A stretch of DNA of 64,000 nucleotides from an uncultured virus (IMG/VR IMGVR_UViG_3300042196_000264). Taxonomy: Duplodnaviria > Heunggongvirae > Uroviricota > Caudoviricetes. The notes beneath the pieces were generated by a model that had not been told where the DNA came from, made no database searches, and worked only from the letters and a program-made list of their open reading frames with translations. The stretch is taken from the IMG/VR virus record IMGVR_UViG_3300042196_000264; one strand, written 5' to 3'. Shown here in pieces: positions 10,658 to 20,590 of this stretch (within the stretch, counting starts at the first letter, position 1; each line of letters begins with the position of its first letter). Made by a program: the position numbers and the translations under genes.

Positions 10658-11130
10658 GACCTTGGCACCGCCCATGCGTCGTGCGCCAGGTGCACCCGTA
10701 CTACGGGTACATCCTTGGAGGCTGCCGCTACCTCCCAGGGTCTCCTCGCGAGGGCACGCAGGTCCTGGTCCTGGAAACCCGCCGTGAGCGAGGGGGGACC
10801 CTCATGCTCGTGCAATACGTGTCGCGCGGACTGCCCTTCCGTGCGATCCTTCCGAAGGAGGGCAGCATGTTTAGATCTCCAAAAGGACCTCGTCCGCCCT
10901 GGCGGCGCCACCACAACCCGCTCGTCGTCGGAGCGCTCCCGTTCCAGTTTCAGGCCCAGGCACAACGCCAGGCCGCGTGTCCGCCTGGTCAGTTCATGAG
11001 GCTCGGGAAGTGTCAGCCGCAGATGTGCGGACCGCGGCTTCCGTGCCCTCCGGGCACCACGTGTGTCGGAGGCCGGTGCCTTCCTTCGCGCCACATGAAC
11101 CCCGTGCCCGCGCTCTACTGGAGGTTTTGA
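10654..11130 (+). CDS. Hypothetical Cys-containing protein
   Basis: GTGA overlap; RHHNP and RHMNP. Confidence 0.55.
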   Translation: MRPWHRPCVVRQVHPYYGYILGGCRYLPGSPREGTQVLVLETRRERGGTLMLVQYVSRGLPFRAILPKEGSMFRSPKGPRPPWRRHHNPLVVGALPFQFQAQAQRQAACPPGQFMRLGKCQPQMCGPRLPCPPGTTCVGGRCLPSRHMNPVPALYWRF

Positions 11131-11133
11131 ACC

Positions 11134-11718
11134 ATGATGTCTCCGATCGGACAACTTCTGCTCCTCGGGATCACCGGAGGCTCGCTCTTCATGGCGGCCA
11201 ACCATTACCGAGCCAAACGCAAACCGAAGGCCGGAACGAACGGCAACGTGTCTGAAGACGACTACGACGAAGACGGCACGGCTCCGCCGTCCTCTTCGTC
11301 CCATCCAGCAGCGGAACACGGCTCAGTCTCGGTCCAGGTTCCACCGTGTCTCGCCGGCGTCTACGAGCCTGGAAGAACCCTCGGCGAGAGCGGCTACATG
11401 GCCAACCTCTCCGACGAGATCCGATCCGCACCGGCAACCGGAGGTCGCTACCCAACGACCATGGCTGACGCGATGAACTTCCGAACGGACATGAGCATCG
11501 ACGCCATGGCCGAGATCTTCAGTCAGTCGAGTTGGTACCACGAGGCCGGTAACAACCCACTCTACCCGCGTTCCTGGCTGGACAACCTCGTCGACAGTCT
11601 CGCGCCTGGGTGTGACTGGTCAGACCCGACCATGGAGCAGTTTCAACGCAAGCTCCGCGGAGCCTCCTTCGGGATCGCGACGCTCGCAAAAGCCAACTCT
11701 GAATCGAGAGGATACTGA
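11134..11718 (+). CDS. Membrane-anchored hypothetical protein
   Basis: MSPI...GGSLF N-terminus shared with ORF 14356. Confidence 0.7.
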   Translation: MMSPIGQLLLLGITGGSLFMAANHYRAKRKPKAGTNGNVSEDDYDEDGTAPPSSSSHPAAEHGSVSVQVPPCLAGVYEPGRTLGESGYMANLSDEIRSAPATGGRYPTTMADAMNFRTDMSIDAMAEIFSQSSWYHEAGNNPLYPRSWLDNLVDSLAPGCDWSDPTMEQFQRKLRGASFGIATLAKANSESRGY

Positions 11719-11720
11719 TC

Positions 11721-12203
11721 ATGTTCGCAGTAGCAGGAAGAATGAACCCCAACTGGGCGCTCGCCTCGGGCCAGCGGTTTCAGAACGGCGACCTGATCGA
11801 CCCGTTCAAGCCGCCGTCCTGCACCCAGCAGTGCATGCGTGGCGGGCTAATCGACCCGTTCTGCTACGCGAGGTGTGCGAAGATCGCCGCGAAGCCCAAG
11901 CCCAAGCCGCTCTCCGGAGTTACTCGGTTTTCGGTGGGCCATGGCTCCTGTTGTGGCTCCTGCGCGAGCGGTGGGCCATGCGAGGGCGAGCGCCACGCCA
12001 ACCCTCCGAAAGGCCAGTCGTGCTGTGAGTCCTGTGCTATGGGGATGCCGTGCGAAGGTGGCTGCGGTGCAGCGTGCACCTGCGGCAAGGAAGGCCCGTT
12101 GGCCAACCAGCGCAGGCCGAACGGTTTCGGTCTCATGCACGCCCAACAAACCATGGGAGCCCGTCGCTTCCACAACCCCCGCTGGGGACTCGCATCGAGG
12201 TAA
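11721..12203 (+). CDS. Cys-rich metallothionein-like protein
   Basis: Two CC-x-SCA-x-G-x-PCEG motifs; NP motifs. Confidence 0.65.
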   Translation: MFAVAGRMNPNWALASGQRFQNGDLIDPFKPPSCTQQCMRGGLIDPFCYARCAKIAAKPKPKPLSGVTRFSVGHGSCCGSCASGGPCEGERHANPPKGQSCCESCAMGMPCEGGCGAACTCGKEGPLANQRRPNGFGLMHAQQTMGARRFHNPRWGLASR

Positions 12204-12207
12204 GTCT

Positions 12208-12552
12208 ATGGCACCGCTCGCAATCATCGCGATCTCAGCCGCTGTCGCCGGGATGGCATACGTCGCAAATAAAAGGCGTAGGGGCAGGCTACTTCGCCGA
12301 GGATCTACGACGAGTATAGCCACGTGTGAAGGAGCGTGGACTCCCGCGCGCGTGTCGCAACGTGGCACGATGCACATCAGCCCAGAAGTAGAGGAGTCCT
12401 ACGCGATGGCCATGGCCGAAGGAAGACCGAAGGATGAGACATTCGCGAGGCATCCAAACCTTCGTTTTGTTCTCGACTGCAAGGGTAGGGAACTGAACGA
12501 AAAGGAATCGCAGGTCAGAGACTCGCTGCTCAACATCAGATTCGAGGAGTAA
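12208..12552 (+). CDS. Membrane-anchored hypothetical protein
   Basis: ATG at 12208; TM helix then KRRR. Confidence 0.65.
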   Translation: MAPLAIIAISAAVAGMAYVANKRRRGRLLRRGSTTSIATCEGAWTPARVSQRGTMHISPEVEESYAMAMAEGRPKDETFARHPNLRFVLDCKGRELNEKESQVRDSLLNIRFEE

Positions 12553-12866
12553 TGAAGACCTGCATCATCGCCGTGACTCGCCAGGACGACGGAACACTCG
12601 TGATCTGCGATGCTTCCGGCCGCCACCATCCCGTGCACTCCGGCATGGCGGACGATGTCCTGCGCGAGATCCTCGATGATGACTCGATCCCAAATCCGGA
12701 GAAGGTCAAGCCCGAGCGCTACCAGTTCGAGAACGCTGCCTCCAAGATCTGCGAAGGGATCGCACCCGCGCCCCTGCGACCCTTCGCCGGCCCGGTCGCG
12801 AAGCTCCTCGTCGACAGGCTGATCACGCTCAGCGACAAGCGCCACTCGAGGAGACGTGCAGGATGA
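12552..12866 (+). CDS. Hypothetical protein
   Basis: TAATG coupling to the previous gene. Confidence 0.6.
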   Translation: MKTCIIAVTRQDDGTLVICDASGRHHPVHSGMADDVLREILDDDSIPNPEKVKPERYQFENAASKICEGIAPAPLRPFAGPVAKLLVDRLITLSDKRHSRRRAG

Positions 12867-12953
12867 GCCCAGGGCTCCTTTTGCTCCTGTCGTTCGTGGA
12901 CGACATCGCGATCGGGGCACTCGTCCTCTGGAGACGCAGGAAGAAGCGACGTC

Positions 12954-13115
12954 ATGAAGCTCGGAACCAAGCTGCTCCTCGTCACCATGGTCGACCTGGC
13001 CTTCACCGCCTACGTCTTCCGGCCGCGCCGCCTCCGGCCCACCTCCGTCCCCAGCCGACCTCCGCCGGCCTGGCCCCCACCCCAACAAGGCCCCACCACG
13101 GACCTTCGAAGATGA
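12954..13115 (+). CDS. Small membrane peptide (MKLGTKLLLVT...)
   Basis: Read by eye, below the ORF-track cutoff; TKLLLVT shared with ORF 14871; overlaps another TM ORF at 12863-13126. Confidence 0.45.
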   Translation: MKLGTKLLLVTMVDLAFTAYVFRPRRLRPTSVPSRPPPAWPPPQQGPTTDLRR

Positions 13116-13122
13116 GGAACTC

Positions 13123-13548
13123 ATGAGTCTCAAACTCGCCAAGAACCCCGAAGCCCCCACCTCGAACCCCATGTCCATGCGCGCGATGGTGGGCACGACG
13201 ATCCTCGTGACCGTCGTCACCACGGTCGTCTCCCAGGTGATGATCGACGTCTACAAGGCGATCAAGAACCGCAAGGATGAGGAGCGGAAGAAGAACGCGG
13301 CGGCGGCCGCCGCCGGCCAGGGCCCGTTCGAGGGCTACGGCCAGTTCATGAACCCCGGGGCGCCCTCGAGCGTGCCGCCGAATTACCAGTACGCGGCCAC
13401 GGTCGCCAACGCCAACCAGAGCTACGGCTACAACTTCGGGTCTCCTGAACAGCCCCCGGTGGTGGACCTGTCCCGCCGGGCATCGGAACTCGACGCCCGG
13501 GAACGCCACCTCATCGCCCGGGAGCGGGAGATGCGGCTGGTTTCGTAG
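13123..13548 (+). CDS. Membrane-anchored hypothetical protein
   Basis: TM helix near the N-terminus and a C-terminal coiled coil. Confidence 0.7.
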   Translation: MSLKLAKNPEAPTSNPMSMRAMVGTTILVTVVTTVVSQVMIDVYKAIKNRKDEERKKNAAAAAAGQGPFEGYGQFMNPGAPSSVPPNYQYAATVANANQSYGYNFGSPEQPPVVDLSRRASELDARERHLIAREREMRLVS

Positions 13549-13570
13549 TCTGGTAGGCTCAGAACCGACG

Positions 13571-14335
13571 ATGCGGACCTGGAACAGACGGCGCGAACCG
13601 AATTACTCGGCGGACCACGGGTACTCACGCCCACCAGCGCAGGGCGAGCCACTACGCCCGCTGTGGGACGAGGCCTTCGTGGCCGCGAAGCAGTACTACA
13701 CGAAGGCGCGCGCACCAGATCCGGACGTGCTCTCGAGCAACACAGCCTGGAAGACGGTCGTCCTGGAGAGCAACCCCGAGGTCGCCGGGAAGCTCCGTGG
13801 AGCCAACGTCGGTTTCGGCATGCAGGAGCACCGGGTGGTGTTTCCGCCGAAGGCGACGTTGCTCGGGAAGGTGCTCGAGCTCTGTTTCGTGTCTCACGAC
13901 GGAGCGCTCGTCTGCCAGAAGTTTGAAGCTCCAGGACTACCAGACCTGATCTGGGACAACGCGCGCAAGGAACTCTTCGTGGTCCAAGTGAGTGCCCGCA
14001 AGACCTCGTGCCTACCTGGTACGAACGGGTTGGGCTCTCAGGCGAGCATGCTGAAGGTCTGGTCGAAGCGAGATGCAGAGTGCACGGTCGAGTACGACGA
14101 CCCCAGAGTACTTGTGGCACCCGTCGGAGTCGCAGATACGATCGCCTACAGGTCCGACAAGTGGAACAAGAAGAACGGAGAGCCCGACCTGATCGGGAGT
14201 CCGGAGTACGTACACCAGTTTGATGACGGGGTTTTCGTGGAGGAGCCCCGTCGCAGAAGCAGCAACAGCGCGCCCAAGTTGGCGCTGATCCATGGCGGCA
14301 AGCTCGACGTCGAGGCCGGCGGGATCGTCAACTGA
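13571..14335 (+). CDS. Virus-type hypothetical protein (Y-x-S-x-K...YxHxF...GG...GIVN)
   Basis: 254 aa; the motif pattern recalls uncharacterised viral proteins; TGGTAGGCT upstream. Confidence 0.6.
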   Translation: MRTWNRRREPNYSADHGYSRPPAQGEPLRPLWDEAFVAAKQYYTKARAPDPDVLSSNTAWKTVVLESNPEVAGKLRGANVGFGMQEHRVVFPPKATLLGKVLELCFVSHDGALVCQKFEAPGLPDLIWDNARKELFVVQVSARKTSCLPGTNGLGSQASMLKVWSKRDAECTVEYDDPRVLVAPVGVADTIAYRSDKWNKKNGEPDLIGSPEYVHQFDDGVFVEEPRRRSSNSAPKLALIHGGKLDVEAGGIVN

Positions 14336-14355
14336 CCGAAAAGGAAGCAAGCACC

Positions 14356-14874
14356 ATGAGTCCGATCCAAGCCATCCTTATGACCGCGACTGTCGCCGGA
14401 GGGTCGCTCTTCCTGGCCGCTCGAGCCCGCAAGGCGAAGCAGCGCGGTCCGAGCGCGTCGGGACCGTCCGCCGCAAACTGCACGTCCTACGTGACCGCAG
14501 ATGGCACGCGCGTCACCGTCTACAAGCAGGGCGAGCGGCTCGCTGCCTACATCGTCTCGGACATGATGGGTCCGGACGGCACCCCAGGCGTTGACCCTGG
14601 GCTCGTCGTCAACATCGACCCAGAGATGCAGGCGGTTGCCTACGAGAACATGCGTGCTGAGATCCGCGAGCGTGGTGTGTACAAGGGTGACGTCAACGTG
14701 ATCCTCGCAGGTCTGCAGTCGATCGCCTCGAGCTGCGACTGGTCGCCGTTCCTGGCGGGCCGGTTCGCCGGTTCGACCACGAGCTCGACCATAGGCGGAT
14801 CTCCCGCTGAGCAGGTGGTGGTCGGAGTCGTGGACATCGCGGCGATCGCCGCTGTGAAAGAAGGGATCGTGTGA
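14356..14874 (+). CDS. Membrane-anchored hypothetical protein
   Basis: N-terminal TM plus basic patch; CDWS motif shared with ORF 11134. Confidence 0.7.
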   Translation: MSPIQAILMTATVAGGSLFLAARARKAKQRGPSASGPSAANCTSYVTADGTRVTVYKQGERLAAYIVSDMMGPDGTPGVDPGLVVNIDPEMQAVAYENMRAEIRERGVYKGDVNVILAGLQSIASSCDWSPFLAGRFAGSTTSSTIGGSPAEQVVVGVVDIAAIAAVKEGIV

Positions 14875-15014
14875 GTTTTTCAACCAAGCTGCTCCTCGTC
14901 ACCCTGGCCACCGTCGGTGGTGCGATCGCGGTCGTGCGCATGCAGAAGAGGCACAAGCTGCGCCAGAACGCGAAAACCGACGAGCCTGAGCCCGAGGAAC
15001 GCACTGGAACCTGA
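14871..15014 (+). CDS. Small membrane peptide (MSFSTKLLLVT...)
   Basis: GTG start overlapping the upstream stop; 47 aa, TM plus basic; read by eye. Confidence 0.55.
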   Translation: MSFSTKLLLVTLATVGGAIAVVRMQKRHKLRQNAKTDEPEPEERTGT

Positions 15015-15016
15015 CC

Positions 15017-15673
15017 ATGGCCCTGCCCGACACGATACTGAGCAAGAAAAACCTCAAGCGGATCGCAATCGGAACCGTTGTTGGTGGAGTCGCACTCGCT
15101 GCCCTCACTCGCATGAAAAAAGCGCGTGGGGGCGTGCGGGCACCAACGGACACGGGTCTGAGCGTCTCGACGCTCTGCAACACCTACGAGGTCACCAACC
15201 GCTCGAAGCTCGAGCGCACGTTCTCGGACATCGTGAACAGCCGGGTCTCCGAGGGGGCTCACGACGCCCAGTCGATCTCCGTCTTGTTCCTCCGGGTGGT
15301 AGCTCCCGCATGTGTGTCCTCTACGAAGCCAGCCAACCCAGGACAGGCATTGCTGCGCTTTCTCACTTGGGTCGACACTGCCCAGGAGCTCGAGCGCCTC
15401 CGCGTGCTGACCCCTGACCAGATGACGGCGGAGGTCTTCAAGGCGAAGGCCTGGGCGGTGGAGAACGGCGTGAGCGCGACTCACCCAGCCCTGCGCGACC
15501 CAGACACAGCAGGACTCGTGGACACCGTCGTCCCGGGCGACATCCAGATCACCTGTGAACCGCCCCTCGTGGCCGTGCAGACGTACTCAGGCGACTGGGA
15601 GTGTGCGTGCCCACCAGGACGAAGCATGACCCTCATCGAGCGCGATGGCGTCATGCAACCGGAGTGTGTGTGA
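15017..15673 (+). CDS. Membrane-anchored hypothetical protein
   Basis: TM helix flanked by basic residues; C-terminal Cys module. Confidence 0.7.
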   Translation: MALPDTILSKKNLKRIAIGTVVGGVALAALTRMKKARGGVRAPTDTGLSVSTLCNTYEVTNRSKLERTFSDIVNSRVSEGAHDAQSISVLFLRVVAPACVSSTKPANPGQALLRFLTWVDTAQELERLRVLTPDQMTAEVFKAKAWAVENGVSATHPALRDPDTAGLVDTVVPGDIQITCEPPLVAVQTYSGDWECACPPGRSMTLIERDGVMQPECV

Positions 15674-16542
15674 TGTCAGCATCAGGACCAACCCAGACGC
15701 AGATCTACAGGCTTGCGGTAATTACCGGGCTTTTCCAAGAACACCTTCTGAATGAGTATGTCGGGAAAGTGGTCGGAAAACCGCAATGGGTGATCAAGAA
15801 GAGGGGCAGGAAGGTCTACCCAGAGCCGCTCACGTCCGGAGACTACAAACGGGCGATCGATCACGCGAAGAGCAGGAGCGGCAACCCTAAGCTCCCGGAC
15901 CTCTACAGCCTGATCCGACCCGGTGACCGCGTCACGGTTGTGGACTCCCGCGGTGGACGCCACGTCGGGAAGGCCGTGATGCGCGGTCCCGCCGGATGGG
16001 TCCTCAACATGGGAGGCCGCCATGGGAAGACGGCAATCGCCCACCGAGACAACGTCGTGGGCGTCAAGCCGAGTGTGACTCCAAGGGCAAGGAAGTCGAA
16101 AGGGAACCGTTTCAAGGTCCGCTTCTGGACTGGGCCGTCCTACGTGGAGCAGATCGCCGCCAAGGCCAGAGCGGCCGGATATCACCCGGTCGTGGGCACG
16201 GAGCACATCGTCGTGGAGTCCGAAGGCTCCGACAAGGGCGCGGCCGCTCACAATTTTCTCGTCGACATGCAGCGCAAGCACGGCACGGACTTTGGCCTCC
16301 GCGTTCATAATCCTGACGTGAGCAAGCCCGAGTTGCTAGCAGCGATCAGGCGCGACCAGTCCGATCTGGAGAAGTACCGTGGCTATGTCCGCAAGCTCAG
16401 AGCCGGAGGCAAGGTCAGCAACCTCACGCTCGAGAAAGCGGAGCACATTGTCTCTGGACTCGAGTCCACGATCGCCACCAAGAAGAAAACGGCTGCGGCA
16501 ACGTCCACGAAGCGGCTCGCCAACAAGCTCAAGAGGTCATGA
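15673..16542 (+). CDS. Basic multidomain protein ending KRLANKLKRS
   Basis: TGATG coupling; internal RSGNP and RVHNP. Confidence 0.75.
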   Translation: MSASGPTQTQIYRLAVITGLFQEHLLNEYVGKVVGKPQWVIKKRGRKVYPEPLTSGDYKRAIDHAKSRSGNPKLPDLYSLIRPGDRVTVVDSRGGRHVGKAVMRGPAGWVLNMGGRHGKTAIAHRDNVVGVKPSVTPRARKSKGNRFKVRFWTGPSYVEQIAAKARAAGYHPVVGTEHIVVESEGSDKGAAAHNFLVDMQRKHGTDFGLRVHNPDVSKPELLAAIRRDQSDLEKYRGYVRKLRAGGKVSNLTLEKAEHIVSGLESTIATKKKTAAATSTKRLANKLKRS

Positions 16543-17057
16543 TGGCTACCAAGATCAAGAAGTACTACGGGATCCTCGGCGACAACAACCCCATCGAGCA
16601 CTGGGGAGGTGTTGTCTACGAGGGGCAGTACGGTCCAGAAGTCACCTACTTCCAAAGCTACGAAGACAAGGTCTCCGTCTACAACTTCCAAGTGGCCGAG
16701 GACGTGACCAAGGACCTCGACTGGGTGAAGTGGGAGAACGTAGCTACGTACATCGGGATGCCCACCAGCGAGCTCAAGGCCCACGCGAAGTCCGACAACG
16801 TCATGGCCAGAGCCAGCGTGTACGAGTCCGTCGCTGGATACTACGGGTTCACAGAGATCGGGAGTTGGGAGCCCGTGGAGATGTCGCTCAAGGCAGCTGA
16901 GAAGAAGTACGGGCGCATGGTCGATGCTGCCCACAGGTCCAGCAGCGGCAGGTCATCCAACCGGCGCAGCGTGAGCCGCAGCAAACCCAGAAGTGGCGGA
17001 CGCTCATCCTCCGGAACGGTCACATCACGGCTCGCGAACAAGCTCAAGAGGGCATGA
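16539..17057 (+). CDS. Protein ending SRLANKLKRA
   Basis: Acidic globular domain followed by an RSKPRSGGRSSSG tail. Confidence 0.75.
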   Translation: MMATKIKKYYGILGDNNPIEHWGGVVYEGQYGPEVTYFQSYEDKVSVYNFQVAEDVTKDLDWVKWENVATYIGMPTSELKAHAKSDNVMARASVYESVAGYYGFTEIGSWEPVEMSLKAAEKKYGRMVDAAHRSSSGRSSNRRSVSRSKPRSGGRSSSGTVTSRLANKLKRA

Positions 17058-17629
17058 TGTCGAAGAAGCCGAACCCTGCGCACAGGGACATCTTCCACTC
17101 CGGAACCTACAAGGCCGTCGTCTCCGAGGGCTACCGGGTCACGGTGTGGAAGGGCAGGAAGAAGGTCGGGGCCTGGGTGATCGCTCCGCCCATGTACGAG
17201 TTGAAGCTCGGGACCTGGGGACCCTCGGATGTGGCCGCCGCAGGGATCAAGACAGCGAAGGAGCGCGAGCGGAACCAAGGCAAGAAGTCCGGCGCCGACC
17301 ATCAGGACCCGATCCTCGCCCTCTTCAACTACCACGGTGGCCAGGGAACGGCGCTCTATGGTGTCGCCTCGACGCTCAACGCCGGACGAACCCCGACGGA
17401 TGACGCCATCGACGAAGCGATCACTGACCTTGAGATCTACGCGCGCAAGACCAAGAGCCGTAAGGACAAGCTCGAGATCGCGGAACTGATCGATTACCTC
17501 GGGTCGATCAAGGGAGGCCGGTCATCGAACTCACGACGCGTGGGCCGCAGCAAGCCCAGGAGCGGCGGAAGATCTTCGTCTTCCGGCATGCAGACCTCCC
17601 GCCTCGCCAACAAGCTCAAGAGGGCCTGA
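17054..17629 (+). CDS. Protein ending SRLANKLKRA
   Basis: Same tail as ORF 16539 with an unrelated N-terminus. Confidence 0.75.
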   Translation: MMSKKPNPAHRDIFHSGTYKAVVSEGYRVTVWKGRKKVGAWVIAPPMYELKLGTWGPSDVAAAGIKTAKERERNQGKKSGADHQDPILALFNYHGGQGTALYGVASTLNAGRTPTDDAIDEAITDLEIYARKTKSRKDKLEIAELIDYLGSIKGGRSSNSRRVGRSKPRSGGRSSSSGMQTSRLANKLKRA

Positions 17630-17632
17630 GTC

Positions 17633-18829
17633 ATGCGAAAACGCAACACAACGTCAGCACGGGCCATGGAAGTTGCGAAGGAGATCCAGCGGCAGCTTGG
17701 GAGCAAGACTTTCTTCATGCTCGGCGCAAAACACCTCACGGCGATTGGCAGCGGAGTGGGAGCAGGTCATCCCGGGCTGATGTTCCAGATCCGCGGGTCG
17801 AAGGTCGCCAACCACATATCGATCGTCCTGGACCCGGATGACACGTACACGATAGCCTTCGCCAAGATCGGCCGTGACTACAAGGCCAAGGTGGTCAAGG
17901 AGTTCAGTGGCGTCCACTTCGACCAACTCCACGGCATCATCGAGAAGACCACTGGGCTCTACACTCGCATGAACCCTGGCAAGTCACGATCAACTAACCG
18001 TTCGTGCAGGAAGTGCGGCGGGAGGATCGGAACTCAGGATCCAGGAGATATCTGCAGTACCTGCAAGTGGAGAAAATCGCCCAAGGCGACCAAGCGAGTC
18101 AATCCGACAGAGCATTACGACAAAGATTTCGGCAACGCAGCATGGGATGATCTTCTACGCGGCATCGACGGCGGCAGCCTCAATGCGAGCGTAGAGTTCC
18201 TCGATCGTGTTGGCTCATGGCCATCCGAAGACCACGAGGTTCGGAAGTACCAGGCGAAGGCCAACAAGATCCTCCTCGGACGAAGAGGCATGTCGAACAA
18301 TCCGTCGTCCGCCAAGCACCTGTTCGTCGGGATCATGCCGGGAGGGATCTCCTACGCGGACAAGCGCTCCGAGGAGGATGGAGACTACAAAAAGGTAGCC
18401 TTCCTCCCGTACGACACGCTGGACCTCAGGGTCTACGACAGCAAGAACTCTCTCCTGCCGATCGTGAAGTCCCACGCGAAAACGATCATCGACCAGCGCG
18501 GCAAGACCTTCGAGATCAGCGCCTCAGGTCAGACCGTCACACTCGGACGCAAGTCGCGAAATCCCGGTGGCCGCAAGCCCCCGAGTGGCGGCACGCTTCC
18601 GCCCAAGGGCAAGTGCATGCTCGCTGCGGTGTACGAGTCCGCCGTAGCTGGAGGTCTGGGCAAGCGCAAGAAGAAAGCCGCCGCCAAGCAGGCATGGTGC
18701 GCTGTGAAGAGGCAGTACAAGAAAGTCGGAGCGACCTGGAAGAAGCGGAAGCGCACTCTGGGACCCGGCGAACAGCCACCCGGATGCACGCCGCTGAAGC
18801 GGCTCGCCAACAAGCTCAAGAGGTCATGA
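17633..18829 (+). CDS. Multidomain protein ending KRLANKLKRS
   Basis: Segments separated by RMNP, RVNP, NNP and KSRNP; includes a CxxC...CxxC module. Confidence 0.75.
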   Translation: MRKRNTTSARAMEVAKEIQRQLGSKTFFMLGAKHLTAIGSGVGAGHPGLMFQIRGSKVANHISIVLDPDDTYTIAFAKIGRDYKAKVVKEFSGVHFDQLHGIIEKTTGLYTRMNPGKSRSTNRSCRKCGGRIGTQDPGDICSTCKWRKSPKATKRVNPTEHYDKDFGNAAWDDLLRGIDGGSLNASVEFLDRVGSWPSEDHEVRKYQAKANKILLGRRGMSNNPSSAKHLFVGIMPGGISYADKRSEEDGDYKKVAFLPYDTLDLRVYDSKNSLLPIVKSHAKTIIDQRGKTFEISASGQTVTLGRKSRNPGGRKPPSGGTLPPKGKCMLAAVYESAVAGGLGKRKKKAAAKQAWCAVKRQYKKVGATWKKRKRTLGPGEQPPGCTPLKRLANKLKRS

Positions 18830-19068
18830 TGGCTCGCAGGAAAGGCGCGAAGAAGAAGAAGGCAGGCGTAACGGCGCCGGCGAGTGCCTCTCCGGAAGTG
18901 CTCGCATGGGCGGCAGGCAAGACGCGCCGCGAAAAGGTGGACGGGGTGTGGACGCTTGTGCCTGTCGACGATGGGCATCGCGCAAGTGCTAGCCGTAACG
19001 GCAACCCATGCTGCAGCCCATGCAGGCTCAAGAACCTCGCGAAGAACCTGAAGAAGGTGTCGTCATGA
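18826..19068 (+). CDS. Small basic protein ending KNLAKNLKK
   Basis: ATGA coupling; RNGNP. Confidence 0.65.
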   Translation: MMARRKGAKKKKAGVTAPASASPEVLAWAAGKTRREKVDGVWTLVPVDDGHRASASRNGNPCCSPCRLKNLAKNLKKVSS

Positions 19069-19493
19069 ATGAAAATCCACCGCCAGAGTTCCAGCAAGGC
19101 GACCTCGTGCGCCCGTCTCGCTCGTACCTCCGTGCCCTGGGGGGAACCGGGCCCAGGGACGGACTGGTCGCGGGATGGGCTGGTGACATGGTCGTCATCG
19201 CCTGGAACGACGACTCTGAGAACCCCAGGCTCGTCGCTCCGGCCAGTCTCGAGCACTTCGGTCACAAGGACTGGTTGATCCCAGAGGCGAGGAAGCTCCT
19301 GGCCAAGTTCAGAAAGCTCATGAAGGCCCGCGGCGCGACCCAGGCCGAGCTCGCCGGGATCCATTCCGGACGACACGGCAACCCTGATCCGATCGGAAAC
19401 AGACGATCCATGTCGAAACAGAAGCCGCGCAGTGGATCCCACGGACGCCCGCTCGCTCGACTCGCCAACAAGCTCAAGAGTACGCGATCATGA
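19065..19493 (+). CDS. Protein ending RLANKLKSTRS (SH3/KOW-like N-domain)
   Basis: FQQGDLVR...DGLV pattern; RHGNP. Confidence 0.7.
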   Translation: MNENPPPEFQQGDLVRPSRSYLRALGGTGPRDGLVAGWAGDMVVIAWNDDSENPRLVAPASLEHFGHKDWLIPEARKLLAKFRKLMKARGATQAELAGIHSGRHGNPDPIGNRRSMSKQKPRSGSHGRPLARLANKLKSTRS

Positions 19494-19966
19494 AGAAGCG
19501 CATGCGTGTCGTAGCCAATCCGAGGGCGGAAGACTGGGAAGACGTCTGGTACGCCACCGGGGTCGAAGACGCCAAGTATCACGGGCCCGAGTCATTCCTC
19601 TTTTCGGAGGGTGACATCTCGAGCATGTTCATGTATGCAGAACGATCTGCAGATCCAGAGTACAGGCCAGGATCGGAGAAGGATTACGTGCGAGGGTTCA
19701 AGAGCGTGATCAACTGGGCAGGTATTCCCAAGTCAAAAAACACATCCAAGCGAGGCTCGATCCACGAACGGATCGCTGAGGCTCTAGGGTGGTCAGTCGC
19801 GGACGTGCGGTCGTTCTCGCTGCCGTCTCTTCGCGATCTGGTCAGGCCAGATCATCCAAAGCTTGCGCACGAGATCGACGAGTCCATCCGTTCTGGCGGC
19901 ATCGTCAAGCAAACCAACCGCAAGCCAGCGCTGTCCCGCCTCGCCAACCGACTCAAGAACCCATGA
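19490..19966 (+). CDS. Protein ending RLANRLKNP
   Basis: Starts MKKRMRVVANP. Confidence 0.7.
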   Translation: MKKRMRVVANPRAEDWEDVWYATGVEDAKYHGPESFLFSEGDISSMFMYAERSADPEYRPGSEKDYVRGFKSVINWAGIPKSKNTSKRGSIHERIAEALGWSVADVRSFSLPSLRDLVRPDHPKLAHEIDESIRSGGIVKQTNRKPALSRLANRLKNP

Positions 19967-20589
19967 CCACGAAGAAGCGCATGCGCGTCGTCGCCAATCC
20001 CCAGGACCCCCGCGCGGAGGCACGCAAGGTCGTGCCCGCTCAACATGTCGCCCGGCTCGAGTCCTCGGGCGCCCGCTGGGTCTTCGGGCGGATGGACCCC
20101 TGGGCCTCTCGCGTCCTCAACAAGCAGGTCGGGCGCCCCGGAGCACTCGCGCTCAAGCGAGCGGGGATCTCGATCTTGCCCCCGCGGTCGAAGAACGCAT
20201 CTGGGGAAGAGATCGCTGCCGCTGCCCACGCGTACACGAGCGCGGAAGACGATCGCCTGAACGCGATCCGCAGTGGCAGTCGCCAAGGGGCCAAGGCCGC
20301 CACGAAACGCAGCAAGGCCGCCATGAAGGACCTCCAGCGAACAGCCGCAAGCGGCCCGACCGTTGGTGCGGCCGTTGGTGCGGCCCTCGGAGCTGCCGCC
20401 GGCGCTATGGGAGGCCCGCTCCTCGCAGCAGCTGGCGGAGTGGCAGGGGCCCTGGCCGGTAGCATGGTCGTGACCCCCAAGAACGGACGCGCCCAAGAAC
20501 CGCCCCCATCCAACCTCGAGACCGAGGAAACCTCGCTCGCCCCCTACCGCGGACGCTACCGAAACCTGGCCAAGAGTCTGAAGGAGTAA
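19963..20589 (+). CDS. Glycine-zipper protein ending RNLAKSLKE
   Basis: Starts MTTKKRMRVVANP; GxxxG tract. Confidence 0.7.
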   Translation: MTTKKRMRVVANPQDPRAEARKVVPAQHVARLESSGARWVFGRMDPWASRVLNKQVGRPGALALKRAGISILPPRSKNASGEEIAAAAHAYTSAEDDRLNAIRSGSRQGAKAATKRSKAAMKDLQRTAASGPTVGAAVGAALGAAAGAMGGPLLAAAGGVAGALAGSMVVTPKNGRAQEPPPSNLETEETSLAPYRGRYRNLAKSLKE

Positions 20590-20590
20590 C

